Assembly: GCA_029572555.1 (NCBI GenBank)
Contig: JAKPVM010000211.1
Span: 373 to 64,372 of the forward strand
From: Verrucomicrobiota bacterium
GTDB taxonomy: Bacteria > Verrucomicrobiota > Verrucomicrobiia > Limisphaerales > JAKPVM01
Direction: 5' to 3'
DNA length: 64,000 bases
The translations under genes were made by a program, and so were the position numbers. How positions within the stretch are numbered: the stretch's first letter is position 1; every line of letters begins with the position of its first letter. The notes under the pieces are model-generated. The model did no database searches. It saw only the letters and a program-made list of their open reading frames with translations, and was not told where the DNA came from. Positions 27,976-38,700 of this stretch are shown piece after piece.

Positions 27976-29340
27976 TCAAAGTTTCCAGCCTTTCCTATAC
28001 GGCGGATTGATTAATTTATTTGCCTCATCATTATTGGAAAAGCGCATCTTTTTGTTATCCCAGTTAAGGGTTTGACCGGGAAAGCGAGTGGCAATTAGCC
28101 CAAGCAAGGCAGTTTTTGTTAAAGGTCCGCCATAGCCAAAGTTTGAACCTGCTTGTTTTTCATTGCGGATTGCGTCTATCCAATCCCACATATGATTTTT
28201 AACGCGCTTTATTTTTTCCGCAGGCGCATTTTTTCCAGAATATTGATCCATCAATGCTTCAGGGATTAATCTGCATCCCCCTGCGCCGTGAGATCCGTGA
28301 ACAATCATTCCTTTATCTCCGAAAAGAATTGCGCCTGTTCCGGGAGGTTTATCATCACTGGCAAATCCCTCAGGTTTAGGAATTTGATTGTTTCCATCAA
28401 ACCAAACGATTTTTACAGGACCATTCTCAGATTGGAATTCATAAGTAATTTTTGTTGCAGGCGGATAGGTTAAGCCGTGTTTTTTAAGGTCATAATCTCT
28501 GGTTTCGGCTGTAACAGAAGTAGGCGCATTTAGGTTTAGAGCCCAGAATGTTGGATCTACAACATGACAAAACCAATCACCCACGGTTCCTGTTCCGAAG
28601 TGTAGCCATCCGCGCCAATTCCAATGTACCCATAGTGGTGTGTAGGGTATGAATGGGACAGGACCTACCCATAAATCGTAGTCCAGCCCTTTTGGTACTT
28701 CATAAGTTTGATTGATTTTATCCAGATTTCTAATCTGGCAGTAAACTTCTTTAAAAGCATCGCAACCTGCATGAACGGTATGAACTTTTCCAATCGCACC
28801 AGCCCATACCCATTCACAGAGTCTTCGGATTGAACCGCTGGAATGCCCTTGATTGCCAAGCTGCGTAATGACTTTATGCTTTTTAGCAGCTTCCATTAAT
28901 GTCCGGATTTCATTTATGTTGCGGGCAAGGGGTTTTTCACAATAAATATGTTTTTTCCGTCTCATTGCTTCCATTGCGATTACAGCGTGGGTATGGTCAG
29001 GAGTCCCTATTATGACAGCATCAATCTCCTTATCCATTTTATCTAACATCTGGCGATAATCTTTGAACCTGGTTGCCTTGGGATATTGGTTAAATTTTTT
29101 TGCTGCAAAGTTTTCATCAACATCGCAAAGAGCAACGAGATTGTGTCCTTCACCAGCAGCCGCATCAATGTCTGCCCCGCCTTGTCCACCAATGCCAATA
29201 CCGGCTATGTTGAGTTTTTCGTTTGGTGAAATTCTCGGAGCGCCTTCAACCATAAGGGATGGGAAAATATAAAATAACGCAATACCTTTGCCAGAGGCTC
29301 CAAGAAACCTTCTCCGTGAGAATTGTTTTGATTTTTTCAT
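27976..29340 (-). CDS. Tat-signal Gfo/Idh/MocA family oxidoreductase
   Basis: 454 aa. SRRRFLGASGKG twin-arginine leader, IAGIGIGGQGGAD Rossmann motif, IYCEKP. Confidence 0.85.
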   Translation of the reverse strand: MKKSKQFSRRRFLGASGKGIALFYIFPSLMVEGAPRISPNEKLNIAGIGIGGQGGADIDAAAGEGHNLVALCDVDENFAAKKFNQYPKATRFKDYRQMLDKMDKEIDAVIIGTPDHTHAVIAMEAMRRKKHIYCEKPLARNINEIRTLMEAAKKHKVITQLGNQGHSSGSIRRLCEWVWAGAIGKVHTVHAGCDAFKEVYCQIRNLDKINQTYEVPKGLDYDLWVGPVPFIPYTPLWVHWNWRGWLHFGTGTVGDWFCHVVDPTFWALNLNAPTSVTAETRDYDLKKHGLTYPPATKITYEFQSENGPVKIVWFDGNNQIPKPEGFASDDKPPGTGAILFGDKGMIVHGSHGAGGCRLIPEALMDQYSGKNAPAEKIKRVKNHMWDWIDAIRNEKQAGSNFGYGGPLTKTALLGLIATRFPGQTLNWDNKKMRFSNNDEANKLINPPYRKGWKL

Positions 29341-29456
29341 AAACAGGAATTTTCCGCACTAATTAGCAAAGAAATCCGTCGTATGTCAAGTCTAGTCTAA
29401 TTTAAAATCCTTGATACGTTAAGACCATAGAGACTAATATTTCCTGAAATTTAAAA

Positions 29457-30446
29457 ATGAATTTCCTGGATAAATTTTTAAGTGATATTAATCAAAGTCC
29501 GGCGATGCCTCTTGCAGTGTTTCCCGGAATACAACTTGTTGGCGGCAGATTAATAGATGTGGCTACTGATAGTGAAACACAAGTTGCCGTTTCAAACGCA
29601 ATTCATAAGAGATATAAAACCCCGGTTGTGATGACTGCAATGGATTTAAGTGTGGAATCTGAGGCTTTTGGTTGTCCGATTGCCTTTGGTGAAAATGAGG
29701 TGCCAACCGTGTCTTCACCGATTGTTAGTTCTGAATCTGATATTGAATCTTTACGTGTGCCAGAGATTGGCGAAAAAAGGACATCAGTATATTTAAAAAC
29801 TGCATCAATGCTTAAGTCTTTGGAGGATAAGCCGTATACATTAGCGGTAACAATTGGTCCATTTTCTCTGGCTGGAAGGTTGATGGGGATGAATGATGCT
29901 CTCTGTCTGACGATTACTGATACCTCTACCCTTCATAAATTGTTGGAAAAGTGCGCAATGTTTTTAGTTAATTATGCGCGGGCATTTAAGACAAATAAGG
30001 CTGATGGTCTTCTTATTGCAGAGCCTGCTGCTGGTTTGCTTTCCCCTCCATCGGTAGAAGAATTCTCATCTAATTATTTAAAACAGATTGTGGCTGAAGT
30101 TCAGGATGGGTCTTTTCCGGTTGTCCTTCATAATTGTGGAGCAAAATTGCAACATCTTAAAGCAAAACTATCAGCTAGCACTTATGCCCTGCATTTTGGC
30201 GCACCAATGAATATAATTGAGGCTTTAAAATCATCCCAGGATAGAATAATTTTGGGAAATCTTGATCCAGCTGCAGTATTTTTAAATTCCACCGCAGAGG
30301 AAACTTATGCGAAAACATTGGAGTTGTTGCAACTGACAAAAGATTTTCGGAATTTTATTATTTCATCTGGCTGTGATATACCTGCGGGAACGAAGATTGA
30401 AAACCTTGACGGCTTTTTTGAAGCCTGCAAAAAAAATAAAAAGTAG
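29457..30446 (+). CDS. uroporphyrinogen-decarboxylase-fold protein, MtaA/CmuA-like (MT2-type) methyltransferase
   Basis: 329 aa. URO-D family layout: MDLSVESEAFGCPI, IAEPAAGLLSP. Candidate Zn ligands in the MtaA positions: LHNCG (His, Cys) and SSGCDIP (Cys). Confidence 0.65.
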   Translation: MNFLDKFLSDINQSPAMPLAVFPGIQLVGGRLIDVATDSETQVAVSNAIHKRYKTPVVMTAMDLSVESEAFGCPIAFGENEVPTVSSPIVSSESDIESLRVPEIGEKRTSVYLKTASMLKSLEDKPYTLAVTIGPFSLAGRLMGMNDALCLTITDTSTLHKLLEKCAMFLVNYARAFKTNKADGLLIAEPAAGLLSPPSVEEFSSNYLKQIVAEVQDGSFPVVLHNCGAKLQHLKAKLSASTYALHFGAPMNIIEALKSSQDRIILGNLDPAAVFLNSTAEETYAKTLELLQLTKDFRNFIISSGCDIPAGTKIENLDGFFEACKKNKK

Positions 30447-30491
30447 TTTGGTTTTTCTGGTTTTAATACTTTCGTATGATAAAGTATTTCT

Positions 30492-32696
30492 ATGAAAAAA
30501 AATATTTTATTTATCTTGTTTGTTTCGTTATTTGTAGGTTGTGGTTTATCAGAAAATGGTGAAAAAAGTTTTTATGTATCGCCTAATGTTAAGGACGGTG
30601 GTGATGGAAGTAAAGGTAAGCCATTTAAATCTTTGATACAGGCTCGCGATTCAATACGGCAGCTTCGCAAAAATGGTTTTTTAAAATCTAATGAAGTCGT
30701 CACAATTTATATAAGTCCCGGAATTTATAACTTAGATGCCACATTTGAACTGACATCAGAAGACAGCGGTTTTAAAGGAGCGCCTGTTATATATAAAGCG
30801 CAAAAAAATAACACAGCCCATTTTTATGGCGGGACAGTTATCCCACCGGGCGAATTCCATCCCGTAAATGATAGAACAGTAATTGATAGATTTGTTCCTG
30901 AAGCCAGAGGAAAGGTGTTAGTCTGTGATTTATCAAAGTATTTTTCAAAGCCTTTTGAACAGTTTAAAAATAGATATAGAGGGGCGCCTGTTGCACCCTG
31001 GCTTTATATGAATGATAAACCAATGACGCTTGCTCGGTATCCAAATGAAAGTAAAGGATGGGCAGAGTTCTCAAAGGCTATTGACACAGGATTGCCAAAA
31101 CAGGATGCGCCTGACCCATCTTTGCGCAAACCGCATCCCGGCTCATTTGTTTTTGAAGATGATAGACCAGCCCGCTGGAATATAGATGAGGGGGTGTGGT
31201 TGCTTGGATACTGGACTCATGATTGGTTTGAAGAAGTAATTAAAGTTGCATCTTATGATAAAGAGAAAAAAATTATCACACTTGCAGAACCACACGTTTA
31301 TGGAGTTGCAGGAGGAACATGGGGCGCAGCAAAACGGCGTTTTTACGCCCTTAATCTTCTTGATGAACTGGATTCGCCGGGAGAGTGGTATCTGGATAGG
31401 ACGAAGATGTTGTTATATTTTTACCCTCTTGAAAAGATGGAAAACGCAAAAATTGTTTTAGCCTCATTGACAAATCCAATGGTTAAAATGAACGGGGCAA
31501 AATATTTAAAATTTATTGGGATAAACTTTGAATATAGCCATAGCGATGGCGTTGTTATGCAGAATACTGCTGAGATTGAGATTGCGGGTTGCACGATTGC
31601 AGATCTTGCTGGGAATGGGGTAGTTTTAAATGGAAATAGCAACATTATAAAATCGTGCGATATATATAATTTAGGGCAAGGTGGCATTTCATTAAATGGT
31701 GGTGATAGAAAGTTGTTGGTGTCGGCGAATAATTTAGCTATCAATAACCATATTCACCATTATGGTATATTTCAACGAACTTACGCGCCCGGAATTGGTG
31801 TAAATGGGTGTGGACAAATTGTTAAAAACAATCGTATTCACGATGCCCCGCATAATGCTGTTCTTTATGGTGGAAACGAACATTTATTTGAGAAAAATGA
31901 GGTCTATCGTGTTGTGCTCGAAACAGGAGACGCAGGCGCATTTTATTCGGGAAGAGATTGGACAAGTCAGGGAAATATTTTAAGACACAATTTTATCCAT
32001 CATCTTGGCGAAGGCGATTTATCACACATTAATACGATGGGTGTTTATCTTGATGATTGCGATTGCGGAGATACGCTTGAAGGGAACATCTTTTATCGCT
32101 CAGGTCGCGCAATAATGATTGGAGGTGGACGGGATAACATTGTTATCAATAATCTTGTGGTCGAATGTCCGATTGGAATTCATATTGACTCTCGTGGTAC
32201 TACATGGAAGCAGTGGAATAATCCTTCAGACCCAAGTTGGCATTTAGAGGCAAAGGCTCAACGATTTAATTATACCCAACCACCATGGAGCACTAAATAT
32301 CCGAAGCTCGCACGCATAATGCAGGAAGAACCCCAATGGCCATTAGGAAATGTTTTAAAGAACAATGTTTTTGTTGATTGTTCAAAACGAGTATATGATT
32401 TTGATGGGAATACAAGAAAGATATTGGACAGGTTGGAGATTTCCGATAATCTTGTCGTCAATACAAGCGGTGCTCCCGAAATTTCTACTTCAAAAGGACT
32501 GAAAGGTTTTAGAGACCTTATTGGAACGCAGGATTCATTTGTAAATTTGGGATTCAAGGATTTAGCAAAAGGCAATTTAACGTTCAATAAGAATGCACTC
32601 ATTTATAAAGAATTATCGGGGTTTAAACCTATCCCATTTGAACAGATTGGACTAATCGATGATGACTATCGTAAAACAATCCCATCCAAAAATTAA
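30492..32696 (+). CDS. right-handed parallel beta-helix repeat lipoprotein (possible polysaccharide lyase/hydrolase fold)
   Basis: 734 aa. Lipobox FVSLFVGCG. Repeated ~22-aa beta-helix turns: IAGCTIADLAGNGVVLNGNSNIIKSCDIYNLGQGGISLNGG, NNRIHDAPHNAVLYGGNEHLFEKNEVY, GNIFYRSGRAIMIGGGRDNIVINNLV. Confidence 0.75.
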   Translation: MKKNILFILFVSLFVGCGLSENGEKSFYVSPNVKDGGDGSKGKPFKSLIQARDSIRQLRKNGFLKSNEVVTIYISPGIYNLDATFELTSEDSGFKGAPVIYKAQKNNTAHFYGGTVIPPGEFHPVNDRTVIDRFVPEARGKVLVCDLSKYFSKPFEQFKNRYRGAPVAPWLYMNDKPMTLARYPNESKGWAEFSKAIDTGLPKQDAPDPSLRKPHPGSFVFEDDRPARWNIDEGVWLLGYWTHDWFEEVIKVASYDKEKKIITLAEPHVYGVAGGTWGAAKRRFYALNLLDELDSPGEWYLDRTKMLLYFYPLEKMENAKIVLASLTNPMVKMNGAKYLKFIGINFEYSHSDGVVMQNTAEIEIAGCTIADLAGNGVVLNGNSNIIKSCDIYNLGQGGISLNGGDRKLLVSANNLAINNHIHHYGIFQRTYAPGIGVNGCGQIVKNNRIHDAPHNAVLYGGNEHLFEKNEVYRVVLETGDAGAFYSGRDWTSQGNILRHNFIHHLGEGDLSHINTMGVYLDDCDCGDTLEGNIFYRSGRAIMIGGGRDNIVINNLVVECPIGIHIDSRGTTWKQWNNPSDPSWHLEAKAQRFNYTQPPWSTKYPKLARIMQEEPQWPLGNVLKNNVFVDCSKRVYDFDGNTRKILDRLEISDNLVVNTSGAPEISTSKGLKGFRDLIGTQDSFVNLGFKDLAKGNLTFNKNALIYKELSGFKPIPFEQIGLIDDDYRKTIPSKN

Positions 32697-32830
32697 ACCA
32701 ATTTTGTAAATATATTGTCCTATTTTATAATTGTATTTGTTTATTTAATTAATTACTATACCCTCCTAAAGTAAATTTATAACTAATAAGACATATTAGT
32801 AATGTTTGATTAATTTTGAAAATTTAAAAT

Positions 32831-35488
32831 ATGGCGACTAATTCAAAAAATAATAAGATTGGATTTTTAATTTTTTTAGTTGTTCTTGCTCTAATTGCGT
32901 TGTTTTTATTTAGAGACAGTTTGAAACCCGAGCTTGTTGTTTTTGCAAATGATGGCCCACTTGGTGCAATCAGCACTGAAGCCACACGCTTACCCGGTTC
33001 ATTTTTTGGATTCTGGCTAGATACATATCTCGCAGGTTATGAAATGCCAAGTGCCGTGCCCAACTTTTCAGTGGCTTTAGCTTTAATTTTGAAGCCTCTG
33101 CTTTTTGCAAAATTCTATGTCCCATTTACGGTTTTGATTTTAGGAATTAGTGCCTGGATATTTTTTAGACAACTTGGATTTAATTCTTTGATATGTTCGC
33201 TTGGCGCTATTGCAGCAGCGCTAAATATGAATTCGTTTTCCAATGCCTGCTGGGGACAATGTTCTCGTGCTTTGACTCAAGCAGCAATATTCCTTGCATT
33301 GGCTGCTATTATAAGTGCAAAACATGGGAAACCAATCCTAAAGTGTCTTCTTGCAGCTGTTGCTGTTGGGTTTGGAATTATGGAAGGATTTGATGTGGGG
33401 GCTTTATATAGCATTGTTGTAGCGGTTTTTGTGATTTTCATTTCACTTATTGAAGAAGGAAAATTTCAGAAGAAAATATTAAATGGAATTTTTCGTGTAG
33501 CGATAATTGCAATTTTTTCAGCAATTGTAGCAGCTCATGTCTTATTAACTTTATTGACTACGCAAATTGTGAATGTTGGCATCACAGATAATGATGCAAG
33601 GTCTAAAACCGAACGTTGGTACTTTACGACACAATGGAGTTTGCCAAAAATAGAGACCTTAAGAGTAATAATACCGGGGCTTTTTGGTTATAGGATGGTT
33701 GATTCAGGAAGCAGATTGTATGAAGCCTCATACTGGGGTAGGGTAGGAAGAGATCCAAGAAGAGACCTCGGAATGAACGAGGGTTATGATAGACATTCTG
33801 GTTCGGGCGAATATGCCGGTATATTAGTCGTACTGATTGCCGGATGGTCTGTGTTAGAATCTTTCAGGAAAAAAAATCCGGTTTTTTCAAGAAATCAAAT
33901 TAAGATGATTTGGTTTTGGTTTGGGACTGCTGTTGTGTGTTTGTTACTTTCTTATGGACGATTTGCGCCATTTTATAAGATTATTTATGCTTTACCATTC
34001 TTTTCTGCAATTCGCAATCCTATCAAATTTATGCATATATTCCATCTTGCTCTGATAATTTTATTTGGCTATGGATTGGTAGGGATGTGGACAAGATATA
34101 TGACTGGAGAATGGGATAAAGTTAAAGGGGTAATGGAGAACCTAAAACATTGGTGGAAAAAGGCAGATGTATTTGATAAAAAGCTTCTTTGGGGGTTAAT
34201 TATTTTTATTGTAATAAGCATACTCGGAACAATGATTTACTCTGCCTCAAGAAAGGATATCGAAAATTATTTATTAAGAGAAGGATTTTCTGACCCTCCT
34301 CAAATTGCTTCTCTAATCGCAAACTTTAGTATTAATGAGGTTTATCTTTATTTAATGTTTTTAATCATTTCAGCAGTTGTAATAGTATTGATAATGGCTG
34401 GATTTTTTTCTAAAAACAGGGCTAAAATTGCTGGTCTTATTCTTGGCGCAATTCTTGTGTTTGACCTCTGTCGTGCAAATGCCCCCTGGATTATTTATTA
34501 CGATTATAAGGAAAAATATGCAACAAATCCTGTGATAGATTTTTTAAAGGAGAAATCGCATAGTGCAAGAGTGTCTTATGATATTCGATTCGTTGGATTA
34601 AAATTATTGGCTGCATCAGGAAAACCATTGCAGCAAGATATTGTGCAATTAGAACAAAATTTCGCTATGTTGTATTATCAAGAGTGGTTACAACATCATT
34701 TTCTGTATTACAACATCCAGAGCGCTAATTTTGCGCAGATGCCAAGAATGCCAAAAGATTATGAAAATATGATAAGAACGTTTTTAACTCTTCAATTAAT
34801 GCCACGTTATTGGCAATTGATGAATACGAAATATTTAGTAGGTTTAAAAGATTTTGCTGATTTATTGAATACTCATTTAGACCCTGTTGAAAAAAGATTT
34901 AAAGTAATAATGCCTTTTAACCTTGAACCAAAACCTGGTGTTGAACGAGCCACAAGACTTGAAGAGTTAACCGCAGTGCCAAAAACAAATGGGTTGTTTG
35001 CATTAGTAGAATGGCAGGCTGCCTTGCCGCGTGTGGCATTGTATAAAAATTGGATAAATATAACTAATGAGCAAGAGGCTTTGCAAAAATTGACTGATTT
35101 GAATCTTGATTTGTGGAAAACGGTTGTAGTCTTAAGCAATTTACCGTTCCCATCAGCTCCTACTGAACAGAGCAACGCAACACCCATTGAAATCAAATCT
35201 TATGCTCCTAAACGAATAACAATTGAAGTTGAAAACAAAGAACCATCGGTTTTACTTTTAAATGATAGATATACGTCTGATTGGAAAGTCTGGATTGATG
35301 AAAAGCAATCCACTGTTTTCCGAGCGAATTATTTGATGAGGGGGGTTTATTTAGAACCGGGTAAACACACCGTTGAATTTAGATTCATAAAGTCGCCGTT
35401 GAGTTTATTTATAAGCCTTTCTGCAATTGGTATTGGGATTTTAATCGGTATTTACTTGTTAATTTCTCATAAAAGTAAATCTCAATAA
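32831..35488 (+). CDS. large polytopic membrane protein, YfhO-like (putative glycosyl-transfer/glycan-handling)
   Basis: 885 aa. About 12 or more N-terminal TM helices, a soluble C-terminal part, and a final TM helix. The C-terminus YLMRGVYLEPGKHTVEFRFIKSP..LSAIGIGILIGIYLL resembles the YfhO family tail. Call made by eye. Confidence 0.6.
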   Translation: MATNSKNNKIGFLIFLVVLALIALFLFRDSLKPELVVFANDGPLGAISTEATRLPGSFFGFWLDTYLAGYEMPSAVPNFSVALALILKPLLFAKFYVPFTVLILGISAWIFFRQLGFNSLICSLGAIAAALNMNSFSNACWGQCSRALTQAAIFLALAAIISAKHGKPILKCLLAAVAVGFGIMEGFDVGALYSIVVAVFVIFISLIEEGKFQKKILNGIFRVAIIAIFSAIVAAHVLLTLLTTQIVNVGITDNDARSKTERWYFTTQWSLPKIETLRVIIPGLFGYRMVDSGSRLYEASYWGRVGRDPRRDLGMNEGYDRHSGSGEYAGILVVLIAGWSVLESFRKKNPVFSRNQIKMIWFWFGTAVVCLLLSYGRFAPFYKIIYALPFFSAIRNPIKFMHIFHLALIILFGYGLVGMWTRYMTGEWDKVKGVMENLKHWWKKADVFDKKLLWGLIIFIVISILGTMIYSASRKDIENYLLREGFSDPPQIASLIANFSINEVYLYLMFLIISAVVIVLIMAGFFSKNRAKIAGLILGAILVFDLCRANAPWIIYYDYKEKYATNPVIDFLKEKSHSARVSYDIRFVGLKLLAASGKPLQQDIVQLEQNFAMLYYQEWLQHHFLYYNIQSANFAQMPRMPKDYENMIRTFLTLQLMPRYWQLMNTKYLVGLKDFADLLNTHLDPVEKRFKVIMPFNLEPKPGVERATRLEELTAVPKTNGLFALVEWQAALPRVALYKNWINITNEQEALQKLTDLNLDLWKTVVVLSNLPFPSAPTEQSNATPIEIKSYAPKRITIEVENKEPSVLLLNDRYTSDWKVWIDEKQSTVFRANYLMRGVYLEPGKHTVEFRFIKSPLSLFISLSAIGIGILIGIYLLISHKSKSQ

Positions 35489-35582
35489 CAACCGATTATT
35501 GTCTGGTTCACAAACCCATTTATTATCTTGATAATAATCATTTTTTTTGGTATATATCTATTATAAATAGATCCCTTAACTT

Positions 35583-35777
35583 ATGTTCAATAACTTAGTC
35601 AGAAAATTAATGATTAATTTAAAGCCTTATTTGAGAGATAGATTTGATGAACTTTGCAAAAAGGGGAATAGAGAAATTGCAAATTACAACATTTATCAAC
35701 TTTGTTGTGATCTTTATTATTTGATTAAAAAGGGAATTGATAACGGAAATCAGACCTCTAATTTTTTAACATTATGA
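35583..35777 (+). CDS. questionable 64-aa ORF whose stop overlaps the giant-gene start (ATGA)
   Basis: ORF-track ORF in a very AT-rich leader. Its TGA at 35775-35777 overlaps the ATG at 35774. No recognisable motif. It may be a chance ORF. Confidence 0.2.
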   Translation: MFNNLVRKLMINLKPYLRDRFDELCKKGNREIANYNIYQLCCDLYYLIKKGIDNGNQTSNFLTL

Positions 35778-38700
35778 AAGCGCTAAAGTTATTCTTTTTG
35801 CTTTTGATTTTGTTATGCGCAGACACGATTGCAATTATAGGCAATACAAACTCGCCTGTGATTCTAAAACAACCAACATCGCGAACTGTGATTCCATTTT
35901 CAACAACACGTTTTTATGTGCAGGCGGATGGGGGACAGCCATTATATTATCAGTGGTTTAAAGAGGACACCCCAATTTTATCCGCTACAAACAATGATTT
36001 TATTATTTTAAAGTCTCAATTATTAGATGCCGGTCTTTATAAAATAGTGGTGAGTAATTTATATGGTTCAATAACAAGCACTCCTGCATTTTTGAATATA
36101 GACTCAAACGCATTATCTGACGCATTAGATAACAGTCAACTGATTTTTAATAGTGCTGGAGAATCCACCTGGTTTAAACAAACAAACATATTTTACTTCG
36201 GTGGAGACTCAGCGCAGGGGGAAGTGTTTTTAACGAATGGACAATCATTTATTGAGACAACGATTGTTGGTCCGGGATATTTAACTTTTTGGTGGAAATT
36301 GGATGCAGACGATGGAGGAGAATTAACTGTGGATATATTCAAAGAAGATAGTTTGATTGTTTACGACAATAGTGCAAACGACCTTTTAACAACTTTTCAA
36401 ATTAATGGATACGGAGAAGTAGCGGATCAAATAATTTTAAATGCTAATAGTGTGATGTTCCCATTAATTGTTAATTATTTTTCGTTCACTTACTGGGGTC
36501 AGGGATTTAATGGAAATGAAAAAATGGACTTGCGGTTTTATTTAAATGATGGACTTGACGGCGCGCCGGGAACTCAAATATGGGATAGTGGATGGTTTTC
36601 AATTTCAGAAACGCAAAAATCTATGGTTATTTTTGATGAAGATTTCGGTTTACAACTGAATACACAGTCTTTTACATGGTCAATTTCTACAATGGGGATT
36701 GAAACAGGTGAATCTACCGGATTATGGTTATACAGTCCACCGACAATTGGCAACAATTATACGGATTATTGGACAAGGACTAATGAGAATTGGGATTTAA
36801 GATTCAGCGAGCAAGCACCTATTGATTTTGAGGCGAAATTAGGAGTGATGCAAATTAATCAAACCAATATTCTTTCATTTTTTGGTTATACCGATTGGAG
36901 GTATGATTATGTTTACATTCCATCAGGGATTAACACTGTTAGATGGACATTGAAAAAGGGTGAATTAAGCCAACGTTTTTCAATTCAAGCATGGCTTGAT
37001 AATGTAAGTTACATTTCATGCCAGAATAATGAACCGATAATTATTTCTCAGCCATTGAATCAAAAAGTTCCCGCAGGTGGAACAGCAACGTTTACAGTTG
37101 AAACGGTTGGGTCTCAACCTTTTTCTTACCAATGGTATAAAAATGGCATCCCATTGCAAGATGATGGAAAATTTTACGGATCAAAGAGCAATGTGTTTAT
37201 TATCAACAATGTTCAATCAGATGATATAGACAATTATTTTGTTGTGGTAACCAATAGTTATGGCGCATCCATTAGTTCAAATGTTTGGTTAAGGACTCAT
37301 CCGCTTGCAGCATTTGGAAACAATTGGTTTGGTCAAACTATTATCCCGCAAAGTGCAACGAATGTTATTCAAATATCAGCAGGCGGCAATCACAACCTTG
37401 CGCTTAGAAATGACGGAACAGTTGTAGCATGGGGATGCAATGATTTTGGTCAGACTGATGTTCCAATTCTTAGTAATGTTGTTCAAATTGCAGCTGGCGA
37501 GCTTCACTCCCTTGCTTTACTCGCTAATGGAACTGTGGTTGGCTGGGGAAATAATGATTTTGGTCAAATCAGCATACCTGGAAATCTTTCAGATGTAGTT
37601 TCAATTGCTGCTGGCGCATACCATAGTCTTGCATTAAAGGCAGATGGCACTGTTGTTGCGTGGGGCGATGATAGTTGCAGCCAAGTTGATGTCCCTAACA
37701 ATCTTATAGGCGTAGTTGCAATTGATGGAGGTTATAATCATAGTGTCGCTTTGCTGAATAATGGTAGAGTGGTTGTATGGGGAGGTTTTAATGCAATGCA
37801 ACAAACATCAGGGCTGACTAACATTATTTCCGTTGCAGCCGGGTGTGATTATAACCTTGCATTGAGATCAGATGGGAGTGTTATCTCGTGGGGAAAATAT
37901 TTCATTGTACCTCTGGAAATTTCTAATATTGTGGCAATTGATGCTGGACATGATTTCAATCTTGCATTGCGAAATGACGGGACGTTATTTGTTTGGGCAA
38001 ATCAAACAGGAACAGCGCAATCAGAAATTGTAAGATTTGACCAAGTTGAAAATGCTATTGCTATTGCTGAGGGTGGAAATCATTTTCTTGTACTTCAAGG
38101 CAATGGTGAACCTCATTTTACGGTTAATCCGAAAAGCACGAGGGCATTTTTAACTAAAAATATTTTATTCGGTGCGGCTGCTGTGGGAAATCAACCAGTT
38201 ACTTATCAGTGGCTATTCAACAATTTGCCGATTTTGACTGCAACAAATAACTTTTTAGTTGTTGATAATTTATTAGTTGAAAATTCAGGTTTTTACACCT
38301 GTGTTGCAAGTAATATTATGGGTATTGCTAATAGCACAGTTGCGCATTTGACCGTTATGTCTCCTGCAGCGCCTTTGATTACTCAGCATCCTTCAAGCAC
38401 TAATTTAATTGTAAATCAGAAGTTGATACTTTCTGTTACGGCGAGTGGCTCTCAACCACTGTATTATCAATGGCAGAAAGACGGTGTAAATCTACCCGGT
38501 GAAACGAACAGTCTGCTGATTATTAATGAAGTTAATCCTGATAACGTTGGTGTTTACAATGTAATTGTAAATAATGATTTTGGTTTTCAGGTTAGTATGT
38601 CGGCAATAGTCAATGTTTTATCTCCGCCAATTATTACATATCAGCCAAGAGGGTGTGATTTGGTTTCAGGTGAAAATGCAATGCTCTTTGTATCTGTAAG

